A stretch of 64,000 nucleotides of DNA from Gemmatimonadales bacterium (GTDB lineage Bacteria; Gemmatimonadota; Gemmatimonadetes; Gemmatimonadales; GWC2-71-9), in assembly GCA_035943095.1 (NCBI GenBank), contig DASZCN010000101.1, positions 19,614-83,613 on the forward strand, read 5' to 3'. Numbering within the stretch: the stretch's first letter is position 1; every line of letters begins with the position of its first letter. The position numbers and the translations under genes are program-made. Positions 53,267 to 62,923 of this stretch are shown here, piece after piece. The notes beneath the pieces are model-generated. The model was not told the DNA's origin. It saw only the letters and a list, made by a program, of their open reading frames with translations, and did no database searches.

Positions 53267-54521
53267 TCCCTTCCTTGGAGCTGCCGAGCGAGTAGCGGAG
53301 CCCACCCTGGAACGTGTGCGTCGTGCCCTGGACCAGGAAGTTCGCCGCAGCAGACGTCAGGATGTAATGCCCGTACAGGGCGAGGCGGCCTTGCTTGATG
53401 TCGATCCCGCCCATCCACCAGAAGAACGCCTTGGTCCCCGCGTCTTCAGCCGCTGCCTGCAGCGTGGCCTGATCCCCTGCACTCTGGCAGCCCTGAGCAG
53501 AACAGCTCGTCTGGATGTTCAACGCCTCCATGATTGCGAACCCGCCGCCCGCGAACGGCTCTATGCGGGTTTGCGCTGGAAACGCCAACACGCCAACCAT
53601 GATGCGTCGCAGGTTGCTAAACGAGACATTCCCAGGATTCACGACGCCGTGGGGCTCAATGACGGTCGCCTGGCGGGGACTGATGAAGACCGATTGTTCG
53701 TACGAGGCGTACAGCGCCGTCTTCTTGGCGGTGATCAGCCAGTGGCCGCCAAACATCGGCTCGAAAGAATAGCCGTTGAAGTTGGTGCGGGACACGAAGA
53801 TACCGGCCTCTGCGCCCCAGTACCACTTGTGCTGCCAGTCGGTCGCGCGCTGCTCGTACGTCGGGCCGCCGCGCCGCAGTGGTGGTGGTTTGGGAACCTG
53901 CCCGCCGGCCGCGAGGATGGAGTCGCGCTTCGCCTTGGGGATCTCGGGCACCTTTTCCTCGGGCACGCCGCCGCTCCCGAGGAAGAACGAGAGACCTGCC
54001 TGTGCTTGGGCGTGGAAGACATTCTGCCCTGTGAGGCAGCAGTTCTTGGGCGCGTAGTACCCGCGCGCCTCGAGGCGCAGGGCCAGGTGGTTGCCGATAA
54101 AGAACCGCTCGCCGATCCCGCCGTGTACCGCGTTCAAGGCAAAGTTGTACGGCGGGTTCACGCCCATGTCGATCCGGGAATAGCCGCCCAGGAGGTACAA
54201 CACCGACTTGTTACCACCCGAGTTGAGAACGAGGCTGACGGATCCGATACGGACTTGCGTCTGGGTGATGTTCGGCGGGATAGGGCTGGGCCCGTTCTTC
54301 AAGTTCGCGTACGTGACGTTGCCGTCGACTTCGATGCCGAAGACGTCGTTCAGGAAGAAGCCGAGCCGTCCTCCGCCACCGAACTGGTTATCCAGCTGGA
54401 AGGCTTGATCGTAGCGCGTGAACGTCCCGTATCCCCCGAACTCGAGCTGGTGCGCGTGCTGCGCGCTCACAGTCCCGGCCGCGCCAACCACCAGCACCCC
54501 AAGTACAGTGACTACCCGCAT
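53250..54521 (-). CDS. Putative outer-membrane protein with two beta-barrel-like halves joined by a Pro/Lys-rich linker
   Basis: Signal peptide MRVVTVLGVLVVGAAGTVSAQ. Alternating-hydrophobic strands: GGYGTFTRYD, GRLGFFL, FGIEVDGNVTY... Linker: GGVPEEKVPEIPKAKRDSILAAGGQVPKPPP. No family recognised. Confidence 0.55.
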   Translation of the reverse strand: MRVVTVLGVLVVGAAGTVSAQHAHQLEFGGYGTFTRYDQAFQLDNQFGGGGRLGFFLNDVFGIEVDGNVTYANLKNGPSPIPPNITQTQVRIGSVSLVLNSGGNKSVLYLLGGYSRIDMGVNPPYNFALNAVHGGIGERFFIGNHLALRLEARGYYAPKNCCLTGQNVFHAQAQAGLSFFLGSGGVPEEKVPEIPKAKRDSILAAGGQVPKPPPLRRGGPTYEQRATDWQHKWYWGAEAGIFVSRTNFNGYSFEPMFGGHWLITAKKTALYASYEQSVFISPRQATVIEPHGVVNPGNVSFSNLRRIMVGVLAFPAQTRIEPFAGGGFAIMEALNIQTSCSAQGCQSAGDQATLQAAAEDAGTKAFFWWMGGIDIKQGRLALYGHYILTSAAANFLVQGTTHTFQGGLRYSLGSSKEGITDRQ

Positions 54522-54689
54522 GGGCGACTCCCAGGATCGCGTTCAGAGAGGAAAAAACGCCACCCAAAATAGGGAGTTTGTCCGGAAAACGCGATACCCC
54601 TTCGGTTTAAGCCTCTGACTCTTGAAATTACTTGAAGGTTGGGGGGTCCTTCAGGTGCTCCGATACCCGAACTAATACCGAAGATCGGG

Positions 54690-55913
54690 CTAGATCAGCC
54701 CTAGTCTTGCACCTACGCGCTTGAACGCCGCCAGGGCGAAATCCAGGTCCTCCCGCGAATGCGCCGCCGAAAGCTGGCAGCGGATGCGGGCCTGCCCCTG
54801 CGGAACGACCGGGTAGCCGAACCCGGTCACGAAGACGTGCTCCTCCAGCAGTAATTCGCTCATGCGGATCGCCTTGGAGGTCTCCCCCAGGATCACGGGC
54901 ACGATGGGCGTCTCGCCCGCTAGCGGCTTGAACCCCAGCGTCAGAAGTCGATCCCGGAAGTACCGTGTGTTCTCGCGGAGCCTGGCCACGAGCTCGGGAT
55001 GGCGTTCGAGGTGGCGCACGGCAGCCAACGCGCTCCCCGCCACCGTCGGGGGCAGTGCATTTGAGAAGAGTTGAGGTCGGGAGCGCTGTGTGAGGTAGTC
55101 GGTCAGCGCGAGCGACCCTGCCGTAAAGCCTCCAGCCCCGCCACCGAGCGCTTTTCCCAGCGTCGACGTGATGATGTCCACGTCGCCCAGCATCCCGTAG
55201 TGCTCGGCGCTGCCGCGGCCCGAAGTCCCGAGCACGCCGGTTGCATGAGAGTCGTCCACGGCCACGACGGCCTCGTGCTTCCGGGCCAGGGCGACGATGT
55301 CCGGCAGTTTGGCGAGGTCGCCCTCCATCGAAAACACGCCGTCAGTGAAAATGACCTTCAGCCGCGCGCCTTTAGCCGCCCCCAGCTTCTCCGCGAGGTC
55401 CGCCATGTCCGAGTGGCGATAGACGGCGGTCTGGCATCGGGTAATCGCCTTGGCGAGTCGAATGGAGTCGATGATCGAGGCGTGGTTCAGCTGGTCCGAG
55501 ATCACGATGTCCTGCTCCCCCAGCAGCGTGGGACACAGGCCTTCGTTGGCGTTCCAGCAGCTCACGTAAGTGAGTGAGGACTCGCATCCGACGAACCGAG
55601 CCAATGCCTGTTCGAGCTCGCGATGGATCGTGAACGTGCCGCAGATGAATCGCACCGAGCCGGTTCCAGCGCCGAACTCGTCGAGGGCGCGTTTGCCCGC
55701 GGCCACCACCTCGGGCTGGTCGCAGAGGCCCAGATAGTTGTTCGACGAGAGGATCACCACCTCGCCACGCCCCTGCATCTTGGTTCTGGCGGCTTGCGGC
55801 CCTTCGAGATAGTTGAGGCGCTTGTAAACGCCGTCCTGGCGGAACTGGTCGAGCTCGGCGGCAAGCCGGGCGGCGAGGGGGGAGGGGAGGGAGGGGGGGG
55901 AGAGGGGCGTCAT
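54690..55913 (-). CDS. kbl: Glycine C-acetyltransferase (2-amino-3-ketobutyrate CoA ligase)
   Basis: VYKRLNYLEGPQ..., ILSSNNYLGL..., SVRFICGT, DDSHATG, TLGKALGG (PLP Lys). The ATG overlaps the tdh stop (ATGA). Confidence 0.92.
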   Translation of the reverse strand: MTPLSPPSLPSPLAARLAAELDQFRQDGVYKRLNYLEGPQAARTKMQGRGEVVILSSNNYLGLCDQPEVVAAGKRALDEFGAGTGSVRFICGTFTIHRELEQALARFVGCESSLTYVSCWNANEGLCPTLLGEQDIVISDQLNHASIIDSIRLAKAITRCQTAVYRHSDMADLAEKLGAAKGARLKVIFTDGVFSMEGDLAKLPDIVALARKHEAVVAVDDSHATGVLGTSGRGSAEHYGMLGDVDIITSTLGKALGGGAGGFTAGSLALTDYLTQRSRPQLFSNALPPTVAGSALAAVRHLERHPELVARLRENTRYFRDRLLTLGFKPLAGETPIVPVILGETSKAIRMSELLLEEHVFVTGFGYPVVPQGQARIRCQLSAAHSREDLDFALAAFKRVGARLGLI

Positions 55914-56938
55914 GCGATCTCCAGGATGATCTTGCCCGCGTCACCCGACCGGATGGCCGCGAGCGCGTCGTCGATCTTGGCGAGGGGGAACTGGTGGGTG
56001 ATGACGGGCCGGGGATCGAGCAGACCGGCGCTCAAATAGCGCCGCATCTGGTGCCAGGTCTCGTACATCTTGCGGCCGATGACGCCATAAACCGTGATGC
56101 CCTTGAAGATGATTTCGTTCGCGAGGTCGATCGGCACCTGACCCTTGGGAAGGCCCAGCAGCTGCACGCGGCCACCCATTCGCACCGCCGCGAACGCCTG
56201 GTGCAGCGCCGACGGCACGCCGGACATCTCGCACACCACGTCGGCGCCCTCGGCGGACGTCTCGTCGAGCACCGTCCGCACGACGTCCTCCGTGGCGGCG
56301 TTGACAGTGACGTGGGCGCCCATCTGGCGTGCCAATGCCAGTCGAGTGGCGTTCACATCCGAGGCGATGACCTTGGCAGCGCCCGCGGCCCGGGCGATGC
56401 CGACCGCGAAGCAGCCGATCGGCCCGCACCCCACGACCAGCACGCTACTGCCCGGAATGTCGGCGGAGAGCACCGTATGGAACGCGTTGCCCATCGGGTC
56501 CATCACGGCGCCCACGGTGGTGGGGATACCGTCGAGTGGCAGGACATTCGTCGCCGGCATCGCGATGTACTCCGCGAACGCGCCGTCGCGATCCACGCCG
56601 ATGATGCGCGTGTTGCGACAGATATGACTGTTCCCGGTGCGGCACTGGAGGCAGTGTCCGCAGACGATGTGTCCCTCGGCGGTCACCAGTTGACCGGTCT
56701 TGAGCTCCGAGACGGCGTCACCCACCGCCACGATCTCCCCGGCGAATTCGTGGCCGACCACGACGGGCGGCTTGATGCGCCCTTCCGCCCACGCATTCCA
56801 GTCGGCGATGTGCAGGTCCGTCCCGCACACGCCCGCGTGACGCACGGCGATGAGGACCTCGCCCGGTCCCGGCGACGGCTTGGGGACGGACGTCACCGTC
56901 AGGCCGGGGGCGCGCTTCTGCTTGACGATCGCTTGCAT
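55910..56938 (-). CDS. tdh: L-threonine 3-dehydrogenase
   Basis: AGVCGTDLHI..., GHEFAGEIVAVG, zinc-ADH fold, GCGPIG nucleotide motif, paired with kbl. Confidence 0.93.
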   Translation of the reverse strand: MQAIVKQKRAPGLTVTSVPKPSPGPGEVLIAVRHAGVCGTDLHIADWNAWAEGRIKPPVVVGHEFAGEIVAVGDAVSELKTGQLVTAEGHIVCGHCLQCRTGNSHICRNTRIIGVDRDGAFAEYIAMPATNVLPLDGIPTTVGAVMDPMGNAFHTVLSADIPGSSVLVVGCGPIGCFAVGIARAAGAAKVIASDVNATRLALARQMGAHVTVNAATEDVVRTVLDETSAEGADVVCEMSGVPSALHQAFAAVRMGGRVQLLGLPKGQVPIDLANEIIFKGITVYGVIGRKMYETWHQMRRYLSAGLLDPRPVITHQFPLAKIDDALAAIRSGDAGKIILEIA

Positions 56939-56972
56939 CTTAAGAGGGGAAAGGGGAAGGGGAACGAGGTGG

Positions 56973-57764
56973 TCAGATGATGGAGCGCGTGAAGCCCCCG
57001 TCTACCTGCAGCACCGCACCCGTAATATAGCTGGCCCGCTCCGACGCGAGGAACGCCACCGCGGCGGCGAGCTCTTCGGTCCGACCCATGCGACCGAGCG
57101 GGATCCCCGCGACCATCTCGCGCAAGATCTCCTGCGACGCCCGCTGCTCGCGCTCGGCCCGGCTCTCCGCGAGCTCCGTGATCCGCTCCGTCGCGATGAA
57201 CCCGGGGCATACGACGTTGACGGTGATCCCTTCGGCGGCGACTTCGTCGGCCAGGGCCTTCGAAAAGCCGAGGACACCGGCCCGGGCGGTGGTGGACAGG
57301 ATCAGACCGGGAAGCGGCTGCTTGGCTGCTACGGACGTGAGGCAGATGATCCGGCCCCATTGCAGCTTGCGCATGAGCGGCACGGCGGCGCGGACGAGGT
57401 GCACGGTGGACAGAAGATTCAGCTCGATCGCGCGATGGAATGCCTCAGCGGTCTGCTGGCTGAACGCGCCGGCAGGCGGGCCGCTCGCATTGCAGAACAG
57501 CACATCCAGGCGCCCGAGCTCGTGGTGTACACGCGTCACCAGTCCGACGGCTTGCGCTTCGACTCCTACATCGGCGGCGAACGGCGACACGCTCTGGCCG
57601 GTTTCCGCGGCCAATTGGCGCGCGGCCTGGTCGACCGCGTCCTGGTGGCGACCGTTGAGCGCGACCCGTGCGCCTTCCTGCGCCAGCGCCTTCGCCACGG
57701 CGCGGCCGATTCCCTTGGTGCTGCCGCACACGAGCGCGACGCGGCCCGCGAGACCGAGATCCAT
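56973..57764 (-). CDS. SDR family oxidoreductase (FabG-like)
   Basis: [15 protein letters not shown] (TGxxxGxG-type motif), NASG, and the catalytic S...[11 protein letters not shown] region (YxxxK-equivalent). Confidence 0.82.
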   Translation of the reverse strand: MDLGLAGRVALVCGSTKGIGRAVAKALAQEGARVALNGRHQDAVDQAARQLAAETGQSVSPFAADVGVEAQAVGLVTRVHHELGRLDVLFCNASGPPAGAFSQQTAEAFHRAIELNLLSTVHLVRAAVPLMRKLQWGRIICLTSVAAKQPLPGLILSTTARAGVLGFSKALADEVAAEGITVNVVCPGFIATERITELAESRAEREQRASQEILREMVAGIPLGRMGRTEELAAAVAFLASERASYITGAVLQVDGGFTRSII

Positions 57765-57806
57765 TGGGGGCTCGAAATCTACGCCCGGAGGTTGGTGCGG
57801 GTTAGA

Positions 57807-60761
57807 TCAGTCGGAAACCGCCACGTGCGCCGGTTCGAGACGCACGGCGCAACACTTCAGCTCGGCCATCTTCGCGTACGGATCGAGCACGGGGTTCGTG
57901 AGCAGATTCGCCGCCGCTTCACGGAAATGGAACGGGACGAACACCTGGCCCCGGGCTACGCGCTCGGAAATACGGCACGAGCTCACCATGGTGTTTCGCC
58001 GCGACGTGAGTCGCACGAGGTCGCCGTCCTGCACCCCGAGCTCCCCGGCGTCATCGGGATGGATTTCGACGGTGGGGGTCGGCTCGCGCTGATCGAGGCC
58101 CGATGCGCGGCGGGTCATGGTTCCGGTGTGCCAGTGGTACAGCTGGCGTCCGGTGTTCATCACGAACGGATACTCATCGTCCGGTAGCTCGACCGGCGGG
58201 GCGTACTCCACCGGCACGAAGGTTCCACGGCCGTCCGCGGTAGGGAAGTGGTGGTCGAACAGGAATGACGTGCCGGGGGAGTCCGGAGTGGGCACGGGGT
58301 ACTGCAGTCCCGCTCCCTCGAGGCGCTCGTAGGTCACGCCTCGCCAGGACGGCGTCACCTGCGCGATCTCCCGCATCACGTCCTGCGCGGAAGTGAACGG
58401 CGTATCGAGGCCGAGGCGGTTCGACAGCTCGATCAGGATCTCGAGGTCGCCGCGCGCGTGCCCCGGCGTGGGGACCGCGGCGTGCGTGACCTGGATACGC
58501 CGCTCCGTGTTCACGAACGTGCCGGCTTTCTCGGCGAAGCTCGACCCGGGGAGCACGACATCGGCGTAGCGGGCCGTCTCGGTGAGGAACAGGTCGTGGA
58601 CCGTCAGGAACTCGAGCTCCTGGAACCAGTGCTCTGCGTGCGCGATGTCGGGGTCGGAGATGATCGGGTTCTCGCCCATGATGTACATCCCGCGGACGCC
58701 GCTCTCCTCCTTGACGATCTCGGTGACCATGAGTCCCTCATTGAGCGACAGGGACTCCGCGGGCACCTTCCACGCCTGGGCGTATTCCGCGCGGATGGCA
58801 GGATCCTTGACGGAGCGATAGTCCGTGTAGACGAACGGGATGGCGCCGACGTCCGACGCCCCCTGCACGTTGTTTTGGCCCCGGATCGGCATCATCGCGG
58901 CGCCCCAGCGCCCGATCATGCCGCAGCCGAGCATCAAGTTCAGGAGCGACGTCACGAGATCCGTGCCGTTGGCGTGCTGCGTGAGCCCCATCGCCCAGAG
59001 CGTGCTCGTGTTCGGCCCCTTCGCGTAGATCTCGGCCGCTTCGCGGATCCGGTCCGCGGGGACTCCGGTAATCTTGGCCGCGACCTCCGGGGTCATGGCC
59101 CGCACCGCCTGGCGCACGTTGTCGAAGTCGTGCATGCGATCGGCGATGAACCGGCGGTCCTCGAGACCCTGCGCGATGATGTGGCTCAACATCGCGTTGA
59201 ACAGAGCGACGTCCGTGCCGGGCTGCATCTGCAGATGAATGTCGGCCCGGCCCGCGAGTTCGGTCTTCCGCGGGTCGGCGACGATCAGGGTGACACCGCG
59301 CTCGTGGGCACGCTTGATCGCGGCGCCGAACACGGGATGCGACTCGGTTGTGTTCGCGCCGGCGATGAAGATGACGTCCGCCGCGTGCTCCACCTCCCGC
59401 ATCGAGCCTGACGCGGCGGACGTATTGAGCGCTCGCTGCATCGCCGCCACCGACGTGGAATGGCACAGGCGGGTGCAGTGGTCGATGTTGTTCGTCCCAA
59501 GCGCCGCCCGGAACATCCGCATCATGAGATAGTTCTCTTCGTTCGAGCACTTGGCCGACGAAAAACATGCGAGCGCGTCGCCCCCGCGCTCGCGCTTCAG
59601 GCGCGACATCTCCTGCGCCACGAGCTCCATCGCTTCGTCCCAGGTCGCCTCGCGGAACGGCTCGTACCACGCCGGCGGCGTGGCCACCCGGTCGCGAATG
59701 TCCAGGTCCACGCGCTCGAGCAACGGCAGGTCGCGCACCGCCTTGCCCACGGACCGCGGAGGCCCGGCGGGCTTCGGCCGTTGCCCCTCGCCCTCGATGG
59801 TTTGCCAGGGGCCGCCGCGCCGGTTCGGGCCCGTCCGGCCGCGCCAGATCCAGCGGCCGCTCGCCTTCTCCCAACCTTTACGAATCAGCGGCGCGGTCAG
59901 GCGGTCGTGGTGCTGGGGGAAATCGTAGCCGAACCGACCCTTGACGCACGTCGAACCCTGGTTGGGCGTGTTCAACTCGATGTCCGGGGATGTGACGCGG
60001 ACCACCGTGCGGTCAGCGACGTGCAGATCCACCTGGCAGCCCACGCCGCAGTACGGGCAGACCGAGCGGACCGTCTGCTCGGGGTGACGGATCTTGTCGG
60101 GCGCGAACCGCTCGCGCGGCATCACCTCGAAGATCGCACCGGTCGGGCACACGCGGACACACTCGCCGCACCACGTGCACCCCGCCTTGTCGGGGTCACC
60201 GTCGGCGCCCACAATGATCTCGGTGTGCTCGCCCCGCTGGCCGACGTCGAGCACCCCGACGACCTGGATGTCCTCGCATGCCCGCACGCAGCGGGTGCAG
60301 AGGATGCAGGTGCTCATGTCGTGCTGGATCATCGCGTCGCCCGGACGCTCGTCGCCGTGGCGCAGCGGCAGGTCGCGCTGCTCCACCACGGAGGGGACCA
60401 CGCCGTAGCGGACCACGTAACCCTCGAACTCGTTGCGCGGTCGGGCGCGACCGCCGTTTCTCAGATGGTCGCCGGCGTAGCGCTCGAGGAGCAGCCGGAG
60501 CACGCCCTTCCGGTTCTCGACCGCCGCGTGCGACTCCGAGTGCACGACCATCCCGTCGGCCACCTTCGTCGCGCACGCGGGCAGCAGTTTGCCCTGGCCT
60601 TCCACCGACACGAGGCAGATCCGGCAGTTACCGACGATCGACAGCTTGGGATACCAGCACAGGGTGGGGATGTCCGCGATTCCCGCCGTCCGCGCGGCCT
60701 CGAGAATCGTCTGTTCCGTATCGGCGGTGACCGAGCGGCCGTCGATGGTGAGCGTCGCCAT
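57807..60761 (-). CDS. fdhA: Formate dehydrogenase alpha subunit (NuoG-like 2Fe-2S/4Fe-4S N-terminus + Mo/W-bisPGD domain), Cys-type
   Basis: N-terminal: MATLTIDGRSV...NCRICLVSVEG. Two CxxCxxCxxxCP ferredoxin motifs. CPYCGVGC (4Fe-4S of the MopB domain). Active-site region: NIDHCTRLCHSTSVAAM. Start taken as ATG 60761. Confidence 0.9.
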   Translation of the reverse strand: MATLTIDGRSVTADTEQTILEAARTAGIADIPTLCWYPKLSIVGNCRICLVSVEGQGKLLPACATKVADGMVVHSESHAAVENRKGVLRLLLERYAGDHLRNGGRARPRNEFEGYVVRYGVVPSVVEQRDLPLRHGDERPGDAMIQHDMSTCILCTRCVRACEDIQVVGVLDVGQRGEHTEIIVGADGDPDKAGCTWCGECVRVCPTGAIFEVMPRERFAPDKIRHPEQTVRSVCPYCGVGCQVDLHVADRTVVRVTSPDIELNTPNQGSTCVKGRFGYDFPQHHDRLTAPLIRKGWEKASGRWIWRGRTGPNRRGGPWQTIEGEGQRPKPAGPPRSVGKAVRDLPLLERVDLDIRDRVATPPAWYEPFREATWDEAMELVAQEMSRLKRERGGDALACFSSAKCSNEENYLMMRMFRAALGTNNIDHCTRLCHSTSVAAMQRALNTSAASGSMREVEHAADVIFIAGANTTESHPVFGAAIKRAHERGVTLIVADPRKTELAGRADIHLQMQPGTDVALFNAMLSHIIAQGLEDRRFIADRMHDFDNVRQAVRAMTPEVAAKITGVPADRIREAAEIYAKGPNTSTLWAMGLTQHANGTDLVTSLLNLMLGCGMIGRWGAAMMPIRGQNNVQGASDVGAIPFVYTDYRSVKDPAIRAEYAQAWKVPAESLSLNEGLMVTEIVKEESGVRGMYIMGENPIISDPDIAHAEHWFQELEFLTVHDLFLTETARYADVVLPGSSFAEKAGTFVNTERRIQVTHAAVPTPGHARGDLEILIELSNRLGLDTPFTSAQDVMREIAQVTPSWRGVTYERLEGAGLQYPVPTPDSPGTSFLFDHHFPTADGRGTFVPVEYAPPVELPDDEYPFVMNTGRQLYHWHTGTMTRRASGLDQREPTPTVEIHPDDAGELGVQDGDLVRLTSRRNTMVSSCRISERVARGQVFVPFHFREAAANLLTNPVLDPYAKMAELKCCAVRLEPAHVAVSD

Positions 60762-60837
60762 GAGGTTGTGAAGATTAGAGCTCGAGCGCGGGCTGGGCAA
60801 CCGCGTACGCGGCTAACTACCGGAGTGCCAACGAGAA

Positions 60838-60858
60838 GGGCCGGCGCGGTGCCGGCCC
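60838..60858 (-). terminator. GC-rich stem-loop downstream of the small ORF
   Basis: Minus-strand sense: GGGCCGGC-ACCGC-GCCGGCCC followed by TTCTCGTT. It begins 9 nt after the stop at 60867. Confidence 0.45.
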
Positions 60859-60866
60859 CGAATGCT

Positions 60867-61040
60867 TCAGTCTACATGCTCTGGCAGATGTCGATGCGTG
60901 TGGTCGCCGCCACCCGACTCCGCTTCGTCCGTGAACCAGCAGTAGGCCCAGATCTTCGCCGGGCGGAGCATTTGTCGACCGGCGCGGAGGATGATACCGA
61001 TTGGCTCGTGGTCGTCGAGAATCAGTGGCAGGCTGGTCAT
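60867..61040 (-). CDS. Hypothetical small protein (57 aa)
   Basis: MTSLPLILDDHEPIGIILRAGRQMLRPAKIWAYCWFTDEAESGGGDHTHRHLPEHVD. It has moderate GC3 and is followed by a hairpin. It lies in a locally lower-GC spacer upstream of fdhA. No family recognised. Confidence 0.3.
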   Translation of the reverse strand: MTSLPLILDDHEPIGIILRAGRQMLRPAKIWAYCWFTDEAESGGGDHTHRHLPEHVD

Positions 61041-61160
61041 GTTGTGAGCCCGTTTCACGTAGCAGGTTGCACGTTGCCCGAAGCAAGAGATTTGCCACAA
61101 GCCATTTCGTGTAACTTGCCGTCCTGCAACGTGTAACGAATGCGTGGGGTGGGCGAGTGG

Positions 61161-62012
61161 TCACTCCGACACGTTCAAGGCCGTGTCGAGCTGACGCTCA
61201 GGCTTGGTGGCGGTGAATCCCCCGCCCGCCTTGGAACGGCGGCGCCGGACGATCTCCCAACCGCCGTACAGCGCCTGCAACGCCTCGGGCGCGAGCGGGA
61301 TCACCTCATTCGTCGCCGGGCTCGGCAGGACGATATGGACGCCGCCGGGCCGGGTGCGCCTCTGGAGCTCGGCCAAGAGCGCGTCGCGGTCGCGGAGGCG
61401 CGCCGGCGCGAGCGCCGCCGGGTCGATCACCGCGACCCCCGGCGCCACGTCCGGGAACCACCCGCCGAAGGTCACGACGAGCGCCTGAAACCGGCCGGCG
61501 AGCTGCTCGCTGACCGCCCGGCTCTCCGCCCCTTCGACCGACGCAAGATCGTGATCGAGCAGGAACACCTCCGCATCGTGCGCCGCGATGAACAGCGCCG
61601 CCGGGAGGGCGGCCGCGCCAAGGACGACGGCCACGTCACCGGGTTCCAGGCGCCGCACGGCGGTGACCAGCGGCCCGTCCGCCTCGAGGCCCCAATGGGT
61701 GGGCGAGCGCTGGGCCGCGCGCAGGGCGCGATGCTTTTGCCGCCAGCGCGGAAACGAAGGCAGCCGCAGCCGTCGGATGATGATCCGGTCGACATGCTCG
61801 AGCAACAGGACCTCGGTGAGGAGGTACTGCCCGGCGGCATTCTCCTCGAGCTCGCGGACGGCCTCGTCGCCGATTTCCATCAGCTGCTCGCGGGTGAGGG
61901 CGTTCTTGTACTCCTCGATCCGCTGCAGCAGGAACTCTTGATACTCCTGCTTGAGCGACCGCGGCGGCCGCCGCGTGGTGCGGGAGCGAGGCTCGCCCGA
62001 GAGGCTCAGCAT
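61161..62012 (-). CDS. Hypothetical protein, possible degenerate Rossmann/methyltransferase-like C-terminal half
   Basis: N-terminal part: SLKQEYQEFLLQRIEEYKNALTREQLMEIGDEAVRELEE... Later: VAVVLGAAALPAALFIAAHDAEVFLLDHD...RPGGVHIVLPSP. Start taken as ATG 62012, which overlaps the CDF gene end by 7 nt. Confidence 0.5.
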   Translation of the reverse strand: MLSLSGEPRSRTTRRPPRSLKQEYQEFLLQRIEEYKNALTREQLMEIGDEAVRELEENAAGQYLLTEVLLLEHVDRIIIRRLRLPSFPRWRQKHRALRAAQRSPTHWGLEADGPLVTAVRRLEPGDVAVVLGAAALPAALFIAAHDAEVFLLDHDLASVEGAESRAVSEQLAGRFQALVVTFGGWFPDVAPGVAVIDPAALAPARLRDRDALLAELQRRTRPGGVHIVLPSPATNEVIPLAPEALQALYGGWEIVRRRRSKAGGGFTATKPERQLDTALNVSE

Positions 62013-62860
62013 GGCTCGACGTGCACGGTGACTTCGTGGAACTGGAGGTCGCGCTTGAGTCGCTCTTCCACCTCGTCCGCGATCGCGTGCGCCGATTCCA
62101 CGTTGGCGTGACGGTCGACGGCGATCGTCACCTCGGCATAGCGCAGGTCGGAAGGCCCACGCGAGCGGATCCCGTAGGCACCCTTCACGCCCGGGACGGC
62201 CTGGGCAGCGTTCTGGATGTCGCGCGTGGGGATGGCGCGCTGGTCCACGAGCACCGGGACCGTGCGGGCGAGGATTCGATACGCCACGAACACGATCACC
62301 AGGGCTACGATGATCGCGACGGCCGAATCGGCCCACCACAGGCCCTGCCGCGTGAGCAGGATGCCCACGATGACGCCGACCGTTATGAAGACGTCGGCCC
62401 GGGTGTGCGCCGCGTCCGCGACGAGCAGCTCGCTGCCGAGCTCGATCCCGCGGCGGTGCTCGTACCAGGTGATCAGCACGTTCACCCCCAGGGTGAGGAC
62501 CAGGAGCGCGAGCTGAAAGTCGCTTACGTCCACCCGCTGCATGCCGCTCACAAGATGGTTGACTGCCCCCCGTACCAGCTCGAAGCAGGTGATCGACAGG
62601 AATCCCACGATGGCCAGCGCGCCCAGCGTCTCGAACTTCCCGTGGCCGTAGGGGTGGTCCTCGTCAGGCTCCTTGGCGGCCACGTGGACGACGACCAGGG
62701 CGAACACGTTGTTGAGCGCATCCACGCACGAGTCCACCGCGCCGCCGAGCACGGCGAGGGAGCCGGAACTGATCCCCACCCCGAGCTTGACCCCCACGAC
62801 CGCCACGTTGGCGACGAGGAGCCCGATGAAGACTCGGCGAACCAGGGCGGACGCCGGCAT
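62006..62860 (-). CDS. Cation diffusion facilitator family transporter (CzcD/FieF-like)
   Basis: ...GSLAVLGGAVDSCVDALNN..., DEDHPYGHGKFETLGA, ADAAHTRADV. Six TM segments plus a C-terminal cytoplasmic domain. Confidence 0.9.
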   Translation of the reverse strand: MPASALVRRVFIGLLVANVAVVGVKLGVGISSGSLAVLGGAVDSCVDALNNVFALVVVHVAAKEPDEDHPYGHGKFETLGALAIVGFLSITCFELVRGAVNHLVSGMQRVDVSDFQLALLVLTLGVNVLITWYEHRRGIELGSELLVADAAHTRADVFITVGVIVGILLTRQGLWWADSAVAIIVALVIVFVAYRILARTVPVLVDQRAIPTRDIQNAAQAVPGVKGAYGIRSRGPSDLRYAEVTIAVDRHANVESAHAIADEVEERLKRDLQFHEVTVHVEPC

Positions 62861-62923
62861 GGACAGGACTGCAAGGTTATAAGGGACAGCGGTTTAGTCA
62901 ACAGTCAAAAGCAAAATGGGACC

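Noticed and set aside
54522-54689. 168-nt lower-GC spacer between kbl and the OMP gene, checked as a possible tRNA or sRNA locus.
   Set aside because: I could find no cloverleaf-compatible arms, no T-loop GTTCRA motif and no convincing terminator. It contains only an 'aaaacgc' direct repeat. It is most simply the promoter/leader of the OMP gene.
57807-60761. Selenocysteine in the formate dehydrogenase.
   Set aside because: The ORF is uninterrupted, and the position homologous to Sec/Cys reads Cys (CTRLCHS). There is no in-frame TGA.
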